From contig OZ024745.1 in assembly GCA_964016885.1 (NCBI GenBank), forward strand, positions 91,388,001 through 91,452,000: a stretch of DNA of 64,000 bases, given 5' to 3'. Under the pieces are notes generated by a model. The model searched no databases. It saw only the letters and a list, made by a program, of their open reading frames with translations, and had not been told where the DNA came from. Below are positions 15,606 to 29,302 of the stretch, in pieces. Made by a program: the position numbers and the translations under genes. The DNA comes from Eledone cirrhosa (Eukaryota). Every line of letters starts with the position of its first letter. Within the stretch, counting starts at the first letter, position 1.

Positions 15606-16368
15606 TATACATATGTGGATATATATATATATATATTGGATTGACTGATACTAATGAAAATCCGGTGTATAGTAGCAGGCCACAACATGTGTATAATATA
15701 TAATTGTTTCTACTTTTGGCACAAGGCCAGCAATTATCCCAGTGTATTACTGGTACTTTATTTTATCGACCCCGTAAGGATGAAAGGCAAAGTTAACCTC
15801 ATAATACTATATATATATATATATATTGGATTGACTGATACTAGTCTCAAACTGGCAGCTGCAACTATAAAACAAATAGTAGAGTAGAAACTACTCAGAC
15901 TTAGTGAAATTACGTGTATGAAACCAACTAAATGTGTGTGTGTATATATATATATATATATGTGTATATACATTTTACACACCATCGTTAACCATCATCA
16001 ATTGAAATCCTTAATATTACCCAAGCAAATAAGCCTGAAAAAGACTGTAACCCAATTTTTTAAAAACACATAAGAACAAAATTGTATAGATAACCATTTA
16101 TAGCCTGTGAAAATCTACAGTTGTCGGTAAATGAATAAAAGGATGGGCGAACATATTAAGCCATGTGGCAAACATACTGTGAGAGAGAGAGAGAAGTATA
16201 GAAAAAAAAATTTTCACTTCACACACACACATATATATATATACGTATATATATAAATAGGCAAAGAAACTGGTCGACTAGTTTCGGAAATTTACACAAC
16301 TACATAGAGTTAGCTCAACATTAGGTAAATACTATATGAGTACATGAAGAATAAGTGAAAATATTTAC

Positions 16369-16466
16369 CCTCTCGCCGCCTCCAGGCTTTTGATCAGCTT
16401 CTTTATCTTCCATATTTCGACGTTGCGATCGGCGTTCGTTTCACCATCCACACCGTTGGAAGCCAT
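16369..16466 (-). CDS. ETF1: Eukaryotic peptide chain release factor 1, first coding exon ([32 protein letters not shown]+GG)
   Basis: Hand translation gives the conserved eRF1 N-terminus ([21 protein letters not shown]). Start context is CAAAATGG. The exon ends at a phase-2 donor GG|GTAAAT that joins in frame with the exon starting at 2214. Confidence 0.95.
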
Positions 16467-17903
16467 TTTGAAAAGGCTCGGACCTGTTCCGTCTGCGGTG
16501 GGTGCAGGAGTGAGTGTCGCGGAAATAGTGGGAGGTAAGAAAATTATAGGGAGGGGGAAGAGAAAGCAAGCACTAACATATTCGTGGTAGGTGTAGAATT
16601 GAGTGTTGGTTGGAGATAGTATTTGTGATCAAGAGGAGAAGGGAGAGGAGGCGAGTGTAAGCGTATGTGTCGTAGGCGGAGGAGGTTAATGGCAGAGAGG
16701 AATAGGAGGAGATTAAAAGGAGTAGTAGGAGGTGTTGGGTTAAGGAGAGTTGGTTGGTAAAAAAAAAACTATTATAGGCAACGTGGAGGGAGGCAAAAGG
16801 GGAGGTAATAAATATAGAAAGGAAGAGATAATAATAGGAGGAAATAAAGATTAAGTAGAAATAGTGATAGTAAGAGGAGGAGGTAACTGAACCAGATGAG
16901 AGAGAGATGTGTATGTTCTAGAGGGAGTGTAAAAGTCAGCTGCGATGGTGATATATGGATGATGTAGACAGAAGGAAATCACACGCATTAGCGATTATAC
17001 ATACCATGTGTATGAATGTAGGTATGTATAATTGCGCATATATACACACACACATACGTGTGTGTGTGTGTGCAGTATTGGTGGTGTTAGGATTGTTACA
17101 GCTGATATAGTGTTAACTTGTCGGTGGTGGGGGAACGTATTGATAAGTGATGGTATTAATGGCAAAAAAAACTGTTCTAATTGTGGGAGGATTTCTGATT
17201 ACTTTTACAGTTCTTCATTCACACTTGATCGAAACATATTTTCTTTTTTACTTAGAAATTGGTCACCTGCTAAATACTTTTCGACTATGAGGAACGAAAT
17301 AAATACCAGTGCCGTGCAATGCAACAAGACAGGCAACAGGCAAGACTTTTCTATTAAGTCTGACTGTTAATAAAAGCAAAATAGCTACAAATTGAATAAT
17401 AACAGTAAAAAGATTCTAGTTTCTTTTAAAACTAAACAGAGGTGTAGGGGCGGGGAGAAGGTGGTGATGTTTGATGTTTCGTTACTGTTTTGTATTGTGT
17501 AACGTTTTGTTTTTTATAATGAATGGTTTTAAATTAATTATTTCTAATTAGTTGATTGCAAATCTTAAAGTGTTTGGCGGGAAAGTTCCCAAATACGGAG
17601 ACAATGAACAAAGAAAAAAACATTTTTTTCGAATTATGATTTTCTAAGTTATTTCCGTTTGATGTCCAATCGTAGAATATGACTTGACTTGATCAGACAT
17701 GATACAAACAAATGAATTAATTTATCATCAATATTATTCTCTGGTGCAATCGATGTGTCGTGTATGTATGGATATATATAAAATTTATTTGTATGTGTGT
17801 ATATATATACATGTGTGTATATATATATATGTATATATATATATATGTGTGTGTGTGTATATATATGTGCGTATATATATATGTGTGTATATATATATGT
17901 GTG

Positions 17904-17936
<33 letters not shown>

Positions 17937-17952
17937 ATATATGTATATTACA

Positions 17953-18260
17953 GCATTGGCCTTGCAATCGAAAGGTTGTGAGTTCAATTCTCAGACCGGG
18001 TGATGTGTTGTTTCCTTGAGCAAGAGACTTTATTTCACATTGCTCCAGTTTACTCAGCTGTAGAAATGAGATGATAGGACTGAGGTCCCTATCATTCCAT
18101 TGCAAAGTGGTCGTGGAGGTGCCACGGTAAAAAAGCACCCACCACTCACTGTAAATGAGGTTGGTGTTAGGAAGGGCATCCAGCTGTAGAAATCAAGCCA
18201 GAATCAGTTCCCGTCCCACCCTTGCAAGCAGGGAAAAGCGGACGTAAAATGATGATGATG
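17953..18260 (+). mobile_element. tRNA-derived CORE-type SINE, slightly 5'-truncated
   Basis: Near-identical to 29303-29640. Confidence 0.85.
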
Positions 18261-18289
18261 GTGTGTATATATATATATGTGTGTGTGTG

Positions 18290-20030
18290 GGTGCTAAAAA
18301 ACACGAGGTCACTGTCTCCACTGTTGGCCCTCTAGTTGATGAAAATGGCACACTCCAAGATAATGCCAAAACCATGGGCGGGATACAACAGAAACAATAC
18401 TGCTCTGTTTTCAGCAATCCCAATGGCCAATCTGGGCAGTATCAATGATGTTAATCCCCAACACACTATATCGGACATAACGTTTGGCGCCCCTGATGTC
18501 TTAGCGGCAATAAACGAAATTAAACACAATTCAGCAGTAGGCCCCGACAGGTTCCCTGCTTGTGTCCTGAAGGTGTGCCGACAGCAACTTGCATCTCCTC
18601 TTGCTAATCTGTGGAGGAACTCACTGGATACTGGCTATGTTCCTGAAAACTTTCTGTAACAGGGAAATAAGTCCCTGTCAGTGAACTACCGTCCGATCTC
18701 GCTCACCTCTCATATCATCAAGGTTTTTGAGAGGGTGGTGAGATCACGAATAACCCACTTTCTTGAAAGCAGTGGCCTGCCAACATGGGTTCCGTAATGG
18801 AATCACTTTGACGATGTTTTGAGAGCCTTGGGAGAGGGCTCCAACACTGATGTCACCTACCTTGATTTCAGCAAGGCCTTTGACAGGGTTGATCATAAGA
18901 TTCTACTGAAAAAACTATCCAATATTGGTGTCTCTCGAAAGTTACTACTGTGGATCAAATGTTTCCTGAGAGACAGAACCCAGCATGTTGTAGTCGAAGG
19001 AGTAAAATCAAGCCCTGCCAAAGTCAGTAGTGGCATCCCACAAGGCTGTGTGTTGGGCCCACTTCTTTTCATCATCTACATTAATGACATCAAGCACAGC
19101 AACATAAGAATCTTCGCAGATGATTCCAAGCTCAATGAGGTGGGTGGCCGGACTTGCCTTCAGTCAGACCTACTGGCTGTTATCCAATGGGCAGAAAAGA
19201 ATAATATGCCATTCAATGAAGATAAGTTTGCCCTGAAACTACCATACTCTCTTCCTTCGGGTGAAACTCTCGTGGCATCCAACAACATCAGACACCTGGG
19301 AGTAATTGTGGACAACAACATAAGCTGGGCTACTCATATAAAACAGCAAAGTTGACATGGCCCGCAGAATGTGTTTCTGGATTCTCAGAACCTTCCAGTC
19401 AAGAGATATCCACACTGTTATCCTTCTCTTCTCCAATTTGGCCCGACCTCACCTTGATTACTGTTGTCAACTGTGGTCTCCCCACACGACAGAAAGTATC
19501 ATGAAAGTTGAAGCACCCCAAAGATCGATTACAAAAAAGATAGATGGCATGACAGGCCTTGACTATTGGAGTCAATTAGAAAAGCTCAAACTTTATTCTC
19601 TCGTGAGAGCTACATTATCTGCATGATGTGGAAAATATTCCATCAGCTTTGCCCAAATGATGTTGGCATCACCTTTAATGTACACCCAAGGCTTGGGCCC
19701 CATGCTATCCACCCACGACAAAAATGTCACTCACATCTCATAACAACAATACAGCACAATTATTTCACCTCAATTGGCCCCGCTTTCTTTAACATTACAC
19801 CAGAACACATTAAAGCAGAAACAGACATCATCAAGTTCAAGAAGTCTTTGGACAAATTCCTTCAAGAAATCCCGGATAAGCCTCCTACACCCGGATATGT
19901 CTCATTAAACAATAACTCTCTACTTGAGTGGGCCATAGTGCCCAAATCCTGATTTGAAAGACTTCGCCAGGTAGTACTATTAAGTTATACATGGCCTGGG
20001 CCAATACTGGCCGAAACCTATCTAAGTTAT
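18290..20030 (+). mobile_element. Degraded CR1-group LINE 3' fragment (RT)
   Basis: Frameshifted ORFs contain [50 protein letters not shown] and KFKKSLDKFLQEIPDKP. Confidence 0.85.
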
Positions 20031-20035
20031 ATGTG

Positions 20036-20120
<85 letters not shown>

Positions 20121-20248
20121 AGGGGGTGTAACTTGGAGTTACTGCAGGTTCACCCTGGAGAGCACTCGATGTTTAGGTTCACTTCAGAGTGTAATATATC
20201 GAAAGGATAACAAGGACGATTGGTTACTCCTTCATTACATTTATTGAT

Positions 20249-20335
20249 AGGTGACGCGCGTTTCGCCACTGATCAGCTCAAGGTTCGATCTATATCGATC
20301 CTACCCGACTCAGTGATCGGCAGCTCGACGGACCC
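20249..20335 (-). ncRNA. Hammerhead-like motif with extended stem II and variant core (CCGUCGA)
   Basis: GGGT-CCGTCGA-GCTGCCGATCA...TGATCAGTGGC-GAAA-C GCGC G-TC-ACCT, followed by AATAAA. It ends a minus-strand C/A-rich PLE-type UTR (~20120-20750). Confidence 0.6.
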
Positions 20336-20758
20336 TTTAAAATGCTATAAGAAAATGAAATACATGCTATGTGGTAAAGACAGAAGTTCAAGAGTTTGAC
20401 AATATGAGTTGTTTTGATTGGTGGGAAGGATCAAAGGGATGTACTGGCCTGTAGTGTATGTGGGGAGGGATGTGATGATGAGATGTTGGTGACGGTCGCT
20501 GGCTGCGATGGGATGTGGTGGTGGCGGATTGGCTTTGGCCTGTAGTGTATGTGGGGGGTGGATGGGATGATGAGAAGATGGTGGTGACGGTCACTGACTG
20601 GGATGGGCTGTGGTGTGGGGGTAGTGGATTGTCGGTAGACGGGTTGGCATGAGTCGGGTGTGGTTGTGGTGTTGTTGTTTATGGTAGTGGCGTTTGTGGT
20701 GGTGTGGTGTCGAGTCCATGGTGAGATACATACCTAGACACTCTTAGTCAGACAAATA

Positions 20759-22470
20759 CGTTATATTGAACACCTCCGGGATATTCGTCTCGGTGGTAGT
20801 TCTCCCATCGCCCGCCACTTTGGTGCCCCTGGACATTCCGCACACCACCTCACAGTCTGTGGCCTACTCCAATGCCACGGAACACCCGCCACTCTCCTCA
20901 GGGTCGAACAACGAACCATCTTCACCCTACAGATCCACACTCCCCCCCGGCCTGAACTCCCCACCCTTATTCCTTTAGCCTTCGACCGCCCCCTCCCCCC
21001 ACTAACACACCCCTCCTTTTCACCGCCCACCCCACAACTAACAATACTAACACTTCCACCCCACAACCGACCACCCTTCCCCAACTAACATACTAACATC
21101 CCTCCCTTCTTCTCCTCCCCCCTTTCCTTATCACACGCACACACCCACCGGTACATATATATACACGCGCTCACACTAAACACACAGCCTACTACCACCA
21201 CTAACCCTCACCCCCACACATCCACCCCACCACCCCGCAACTAACATCACTAACACCCCTTGACCCCAAGCACACGAACACACACACCCACTTACACCAC
21301 CCACTCTACACACCCTACCACACTGACCCCCACTCACACCCGCATTCAACCCTTTCTCCACCTCCAGTATACTAACACCCACTTCACCACACACACACTC
21401 ATCCAAACACGCACACACACACACCAGTACACTACACTCCCTCCATCGCCCCCCCTTCTCTCCACGCTCCACCCACACCCTTTCTCAAACACACACACAT
21501 TCCACTAACACCTCTACTAATACACACACACCCCCTCCTCACTCCAACTTTCACACCTACCCATCCTCTCCCCTGTCCACCGCACCTCCGTACACACTGA
21601 CACACCGACTTTCTTCACTTACCATTCTACCCTACTGCTGCTATGCCTCTCTGACCACCTCCCCGCACACACAGACACACAACCCTCCTTCTGCCTTGAC
21701 CCTCTGACCACTTCCTGTTGCGCACGCACCCCACATCTCCCCTCTTCCGACCAATTTCTTCATGGATTACACATATGTGAACCTTGATCTCGAGAATCTA
21801 CCGCATCCCAAGGATTTTACTCAGCATTCCACCACATCTTTTTATGGAATTACCTTTACGACTCACCATCGGACATACACCCAAAAAATTTGTTTTCCCC
21901 ACACACCACCTACATCCACAACACGCATAAACACCACACACACACGTGCGTACCACCACATATTTACACATTCAGCCTCCGGAATCCTCTCCCCCCACCC
22001 CTCTATCCACACACGCACACACACGCCGATCTACACCCCACCCCACACACACCTCTTCCTGAACATGCAACCCCGTTCTTCCCCCAACCCTTGCTTTCAC
22101 ACACACACACCAGCTTCAGCCCTCCCCGCTCGGACACCCCGTCTCCCTCTCCCCACTCCAGCCGCCACCACCCCTACACGCTCCACACCCTTCTACCACC
22201 TGTTTTACTCCATGCGTATTTTTAATTTTATTTTGATCATGCCTTTATTTTTAATTTCATTTGCACCGTTTCCTCTCAGCCCCTTTTTTCTATATGTCTC
22301 TCCACCACTCCCCTACACACCCTTGGAACTCTCTTCCCACACACTTTTCACCTGAAGAAGGGCTTATGCCCGAAACGTCGTTCCCCACCACCACCCCACT
22401 CTCAAGAGCGTGAAACTAATAAACCTTTGTTCGTACTGCCTCTCTGTTTTGTTCCCGTTCAATTTTTTAC
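20759..22470 (+). mobile_element. 5'-truncated Penelope-like element: GIY-YIG C-terminus plus long C/A-rich 3' UTR with HHR
   Basis: Hand translation gives RYIEHLRDIRLGGSSPIARHFGAPGHS...VEQRTIFTL...[fs]GLNSPPLFL*. The UTR is homologous to 34185-34840. Confidence 0.75.
22350..22381 (+). ncRNA. Minimal PLE-type hammerhead ribozyme
   Basis: AC-CTGAAGA-A-GGGC ttat GCCC-GAAA-CG-TC-GT. Stem III is the palindrome ACGT and the site is GUC; local stem I is very short. Confidence 0.7.
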
Positions 22471-22640
22471 TATATATATATACATGCGCATATATACTGA
22501 TATATATACATACGTACACACCCATATACACACACATACACGCGCCCACATAGATCCACACATACATATATCTAAATGCATATATACACAGATGTATGTG
22601 CATACGCGTGTGTGGATATATATAGAAATACACATATATG

Positions 22641-22672
<32 letters not shown>

Positions 22673-22759
22673 CATATAAAGTATCTGTGTGTATATATAT
22701 ATGTGTGTGTGTATATATGTGTGTGTGTGTGTATATATATGTGTGTGTGTGTATATATA

Positions 22760-22802
<43 letters not shown>

Positions 22803-22846
22803 ATATATATATACGTATATATGTGTGTATATATATATATATATTT

Positions 22847-25800
22847 CATCATCATCATCATCGTTTAATGTCCATCTTCCACGCTTGCATGGGTTTGGAC
22901 GGGAATTTTCCCACTTGAGGCAAGATTGGTTGTCTTGCTCTATAGGACTGTCTGGCGGGTTTTCTACGGCTGGATGCCCTTCCTAACGCCAACCACGTTT
23001 ACAGTGTGGACTAGGAGGTTTTTACTGTGTTACCTACACAGCCACATTACAGCGTGGACTGTGTGTGTTTTTGTCGTGACACCTACACGACCTCATTTGT
23101 TTCGGACTGGATGTTGTGGTACCAACATAACTTTACATCGAAAGGGGTGGTGTGGTTGGGATGGGGGTAGTGGGACAGGGGGGGGGGGGGGGGGGTTAGA
23201 GGTGCCTACTGACTGTAGGTTTTGCTTTGTACTTAGGCAAGGCGGGTCTTCTGTATTACTGTGTAGTGCCAAAGATCTCGGTCCAGTGACATCGTCTTGG
23301 AGAGGTGTAAGTGTGTGAGGTCGGAATTTATCAAGTCGTCCCAGATTTTTCTGGGTCTACCTACTCCGTGGCTACCGTCTTTCATGCGCATCACGTGACC
23401 ATACCAACATAGTCTTCTCCCGAGTAAACAACATCTGATCCCTCTTATTCCTAATTTCTCCCTTAGTTCGTTTATTCTTTGCCGTTCACGTATATTACTA
23501 TTACACATCCAGCGGAGCATGCAAGCTTCGTTCCTCTCCAGTCTGCGTATATCCTCTGCACACAATGCTCAAGTCTCACTGCCATGTAACATTGCTGTTC
23601 GTATGCAGGCATCATACAGCCTACCTTTCATTTTTAGAGAGAACCCTTTAGCAGCCAATAGTGGTATAAGCTCTCTGAACTTTTTCCATCCCGTTCTGAC
23701 TCTAGCTACTGTACTTTCAGAGCACCCTCCACCACTGCTGATTTTGTCACCCAGGTAACGGAAGGTGTCCACTATTTCTATAGAACCATCTGTGCAATGG
23801 AATGAGCTAGTATTTTGTGGGCACTTGCTGCTACTTATTGCACCAGAGCACCGGCCACATATAAAATCTATATTCTTAGTTAGCTTACCTGTGATACCAC
23901 TACATCTTTTATGTTCCCATAGTTTTTTTTTTACATAAAATGGAATTTCTGCCTACTCCTTTCCTACACACTGAGCATGGCCATTTTCCAGATGGGACCG
24001 GTGCCCTATTTTCCTTCCTACAAACTAGAACTTTACTCTTAGACAGGTTAATTTTAAGGCCTTTTGATTCTAGGCCATGCTTCCATGTTTGGAATTTCTT
24101 CTCTAGTTCAGCCATTGATTCAGCTATGAGCATTAGATCATCTGCGTATAGGAGTTCCCATGGGCAGCCGGTCTTGAACTCCTCTGTTATAGCCTGAAGG
24201 GCAATAATAAATAGTAGGGGGCTAAGAAGCTGATGAACACCAACTTTTACGCTAAACTCTTCACTATATTCGTTGTTAATTCTAACCTTGCTGACTGTTT
24301 CTTTATACATGGCTTGTATAGCTCTCACAAGCCATTCATCAACACCTAGTTTTCTAAGAGCCCACCAGATAATGGAGCGGGGTACTCTGTCAAAGGCTTT
24401 CTCCAAGTCAACAAAAGCTAAGTATAGGGGTTTACTTTTAGCTATTACTTTTTTTGTGACCTTCATGACCTGGTCGATTAATTTAATGCCTTTATAGTTA
24501 CCCCTATCTAGGGCATCTCCTTTACCCTTGTAGCAGTTAATGATGATGATGCTACGCCAGTCCTTCGGAACGACCCCATTCTGTATGACTTGGTTTACTA
24601 TCCGGGTGACCATAGTGTGTCCCACTGTTCCAGATGCTTTCAGCATTTCAGCAACTATTTCTGAAGGCCCAGCTGCCTTACCCGTCTTCATATCTTTGAT
24701 TGCCTTACTTATTATACTACCTTCAACTAGCACTGCTGGTCCCTCTATTGGATCGATGTGGGGGAGACTGTCTTTCTCCCGTTTATTCTCCTCATTTAGT
24801 AGCTTTCGTAGTTACACTTCCAAGCTACCTTTTTATCAGCGTCAGTGATGGCAAGTACACCATCATCATTAAGGACACACTTCTCCCCGACAATATCACG
24901 GTTTTCCTTGACACATTGCCTAGCAAGCCTGAACACCTCACGTCTTTGGTCCTCCCATTGTAGAACATGCTTGAACTTTCTTTCCTCTGCTTCCCTTCTT
25001 GCGAAGTACACTTGTCTCCTAGCTTCCCTCCTGGCCACTTGATAGTCTTCTCTACTTCCCCCATCCCGCCATACTTTCCAAGCCTGCTTTTTGGCCTTAA
25101 TTGACTCCTCCACCTTACTGTTCCACCACCACGTTACTCTCCTCCTGCCTATAGGCCTACTCCAGCCACAGACTTCATCTGCCGCCTTCAGCAGGTTAGC
25201 TTTCAAGAATTCCCACTGTTCCTCTATATTGTACGACTCTAATTGCTCTTCCTTACTGTCGAAAGCATCAAGTAATATGCTTTTAAATTTATTACTGGCT
25301 GTGGGGTCCTTTAGCTTCCATATTTTTCTCCTGAGGATAGTCCTCCTCTGTTGTCGAGTACATCTTGTCCTGACTATGAGGTCGCTGACTATGAGTCTAT
25401 GTTGGGAGGTGCATTCTTCATGGGGGAGGGATTTAGTGTTTACAACAGACACTCTATCACGTCTTCTGGTAAGGATATAATCTATCTGACTGGCGTGTTC
25501 CCCTGATCTATAGGTGATCAAGTGATTGTCTCGTTTTTTTAAGTTAGTGTTACAGATAGTTAGGTTATTTGCGTCACAGAATTCCAGGATTCTGGAGCCT
25601 TCCTCATTCCTAGTACCAAACCCAAAGCCTACATGGATTCCATCATAGCCATCACAATGTTGTCCAATGTGACCATTTAGGTCGCCAGCAATAATTATGT
25701 AGTCACTGTTGGTTATTTGGGAGGTAGTGAGCATCAATGTCTCATAGAATCTGTCTTATATAACACCAGGGAGTCCGGATTGGGGTGCGTACGCAGATAT

Positions 25801-26050
25801 TACTGTCACAGTAGTTCTATTTAGGACAAGTCTTATTTTAATTATTCTGTCGTTCACTCTATTTACCTCTATTATCTTATCTACCCATTTTTCTGCTAAC
25901 ATGATTCCTACCCCACCTAGCCCATTGTCATTTCCCACTCAGAAAAGCTTATAGTATCGTCTTTTACCCACAATGAATCTAGCAGACCCACCCCTCCACC
26001 TGGTCTCTTGGATACAGCAAACATCAACCTCCTTACGTTCAAGCATTTCC
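22847..26050 (-). mobile_element. Degraded RTE-clade LINE (APE + RT + PHD-like), 5'-truncated
   Basis: ORFs contain IIAGDLNGH, SQIDYIL, AFVDLEKAFDRV, LLYADD and KWPCSVC. The 3' UTR ends in (GAT)n. Confidence 0.9.
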
Positions 26051-26130
26051 AGGATATGTGTGTATATATATATGTGTGTATGTATATATATGTATATATG
26101 TGTGTATATATATATATATGTGTGTATGTA

Positions 26131-26312
26131 TCATCATCATCATCATCATCGGGTTTAGCGTCCGTGTTCCACGCTTGCATGGGTTTGGACGGGGGTTTTC
26201 CCACTTGAGGCAAGAGTGGTTGTCTTGCTCGCATAGGACTGTCTGGCGGGTTTTCTACAGCTGGATGCCCTTCCTAGCACCAACCACATTTACAGTGTGG
26301 GGCTGGGAGGTT
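26131..26312 (-). mobile_element. Solo RTE 3'-UTR fragment
   Basis: Matches 35253-35430 and 22847-23020. Confidence 0.75.
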
Positions 26313-26443
26313 TTTTGTGTATATATATATATATATATGTGTGTATGCATATATGTGTGTAAATATATATGTGTGTATATATATGTATGTATGTATATAT
26401 ATATATGTGTATATATATGTATATATGTGTATATATATATGTG

Positions 26444-26475
<32 letters not shown>

Positions 26476-26803
26476 TATATACGTATGTATATGTGTATAT
26501 ATATATATATATGTGTATATATGTATATATACGTATGTATATGTGTATATATATGTATGTATATGTGTATATATATATATGTATATATATATGTGTGTCC
26601 GTCTAACCCATGCTACCATGGAAGAACGCACGTAAAACGGTGATGTGTATATATGTGTGTATATATATATATGTGTGTGTATATATATATATGTGTGTAT
26701 ATATATATATATGTGTGTGTATATATATATGTGTGTATATATATATATATATATGTGTATATATATATGTGCGTGTGTATATATATATGTGTGTTTGTGT
26801 GTG

Positions 26804-28340
26804 TCATTATGAGAGGCTGATGAATGTGGAGAACGAATGGGGGAGAGAGAAACTACCCCCAGTAGACCCGACAGAGGGACCAGCTATTGAGATTGACGAA
26901 TATAGGGTCCAAGAGGCAATTAAGGAAATGAAGAATGGTAAGGCAACTGGACCGTCGGGGATAGTTGATGAGATGCTGAAGGCATCTGAAGTAGGTAATA
27001 AACTGGTTGCACGCATCATCAATCAAGCTATATATGGCTGAGTCATACCCAAAGACTGGTGCAGCAGTATTCTCATAAATTGCTACAAAGGTAAAGGGGA
27101 TGCTCTGGAGAGGAGCAATTATAGAAGCATAAAGCTGATGGATCAGGTTATGAAAGTGGCAGAAAGGATATTAGCGCAACTAATTAGAGAAAGGGTCAAA
27201 CTACCTGAGATGCAGTTTGGTTTTGTGCCTGGGAAAAATACAACAGATGGCCTCTACAAGAGAGGTTGTTAGAGAAGAATAAGCCACTATACTTAGCTTT
27301 TGTTGACCTAGAGAAGGCCTTTGATAGGGTACCCCGATCTGTCATCTGGTGGTCCCTAAGAAAACTAGGTGTTAAGGAATGGCTTGTGAGGACATTGCAA
27401 TCTTTGTACAGAGGTGCTGTCAGTAAAGTGAGGGTAGGAATGGAGATTAGTGAGGAATTCCAGATACAAATAGGAGTACATCAGGGTTTGGTCCTCAGCC
27501 CGTTCTTGTTCATTATAGTCCTCCAAGCCATAACAGGAGTTTAAGACTGGCTGCCCATGGGAACTTCTCTATGCTGACGATCTGGTTCTTATAGCAGAAT
27601 CATTAGAGGAGCTAGAGAATAAGTTCTGGCTATGGAAACAGCAGTTGGAATCAAGAGGACTGAGAGTAAACCTAGCTAAAACAAAAGAGGACGAAACTCT
27701 GATTCCATCAGGTAAATGGCCATGTTCGATGTGTAGAAAAGGAACTGGCATAAATTCTATAAAATGTACACAATGCAGATCTTGGGTACACAAGAGATGT
27801 AGTGGGATAGCAGACAAACTAACAGGTAGGGAAAAATACGTATGCAGTAGGTGTACAGGGAAATTTGACAGTAGAAGTCGCAATGATAGACACATCTTTC
27901 AAATGAAGGTAGGTTCTATAGAAGTGGTTGATAGGTTCCGGGACCTAGGTGATCAGATTATCATGGGAGGGGGGTTTTCCGAGGCCGTAGTATCTAGAAT
28001 CAGGATGGGCTGGAAAAAGTTTAAGGAGCTGCTTCCTCTGCTGACAAAGAAGGGTTTCTCCCTGCGTAGAAGGGATAGGTTGTAGTGTGCGGGTAAGAAG
28101 ACTGCGATGGTATGGACATGTGATGTGCATGGAGGATGACCGCTGGGTAAAGATGTGCCAAGAAATGCCAGTAGAGGAAAACCATGACAAACATGGGTGG
28201 AGGTTGTGAGAGCAGACCTCAGATCGCTGTAGCTCACAGAGGAGATGACAAAGGACCATGAGAAGTGAAGAGATGCTGTGCTGAATAGGACCCGTTCCAC
28301 CCTTGCAAGCAGGGAAAAGCGGACGTAAAATGATGATGAT
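26804..28340 (+). mobile_element. Degraded RTE LINE of a second subfamily, 5'-truncated
   Basis: Contains [31 protein letters not shown] and KWPCSMC..IKCTQC..WVHKRC. The 3' end is cccttgcaagcagggaaaagcggacgtaaaa(tga)n. Confidence 0.88.
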
Positions 28341-28420
28341 GATATATATATATATATGTATATACATGTGTATGTATATATGTGTGTGTATATATATGTG
28401 TGTATATATGTATATATATA

Positions 28421-28459
<39 letters not shown>

Positions 28460-28711
28460 ATATATAAATGTGTATATATATATGTATATATAAATGTGTA
28501 TATATATATGTATATATAAATGTGTATATATATATGTATATATATATGTATATATACATGAGTATATATATATGTGTATATATATACATATATATATTTG
28601 TATATATGTGTATATATATGTGTATGTACATATGTGTATATATATATATGCGTATATATATAAGTGTGTATATATATATGTGTATATCTATATTTGTGTA
28701 TATATATATAT

Positions 28712-29014
28712 ATGAATGTATGTATAGTATATTCGGCAATATACCGTATGTTTAATTAAAAACATTTAGAAGACCATACGCTTTCAATTTTAAAGTAGTG
28801 ATTATGTCACTTACTAATATTTTCGGCAAAGGCTGGGAGAATGGCTAACAGCTGTTTCTCACAGCTTGGTGTTTATCAAAGCCATGCACTAACCTGCTTT
28901 TGCTGAAAATTATAGGAGCTGGATTCTTATAGAATTCCAGTAATAATCAGAATAGAATAAAAATGTTTAATTAAACATACAGTATATTGCCAAATATACT
29001 ATACATACATTCAT
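28712..29014 (-). mobile_element. Non-coding HHR mini-element with inverted terminal duplication
   Basis: ~55-bp inverted repeats (28712-28767 / 28960-29014) enclose the HHR at 28841-28885. TA-rich microsatellite lies on both sides. Confidence 0.65.
28841..28885 (-). ncRNA. Hammerhead ribozyme, U3-A8 core variant
   Basis: ATGGCT-TTGATAA-A-CAC caagct GTG-A-GAAA-C AGCT G-TT-AGCCAT. Stem I is 6 bp and stem III is the palindrome ACAGCTGT. Confidence 0.7.
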
Positions 29015-29147
29015 GTATATATTACTATTTCAGAGCACCAGTGCTAATATATGTATATATATATATATATGTGTGTATATATATGCATATATAAATGTGT
29101 GTATGTGTATATATATATATATATATGTGTGTGTATATATATATATA

Positions 29148-29178
<31 letters not shown>

Positions 29179-29302
29179 GTGTGTATATATATATATGTGT
29201 GTGTATATATATATATATATGTGTATATATATGTATGTATGTATATATATATGTGTGTGTGTGTATATATATGTGTGTGTGTGTATATATATATATATAT
29301 GT

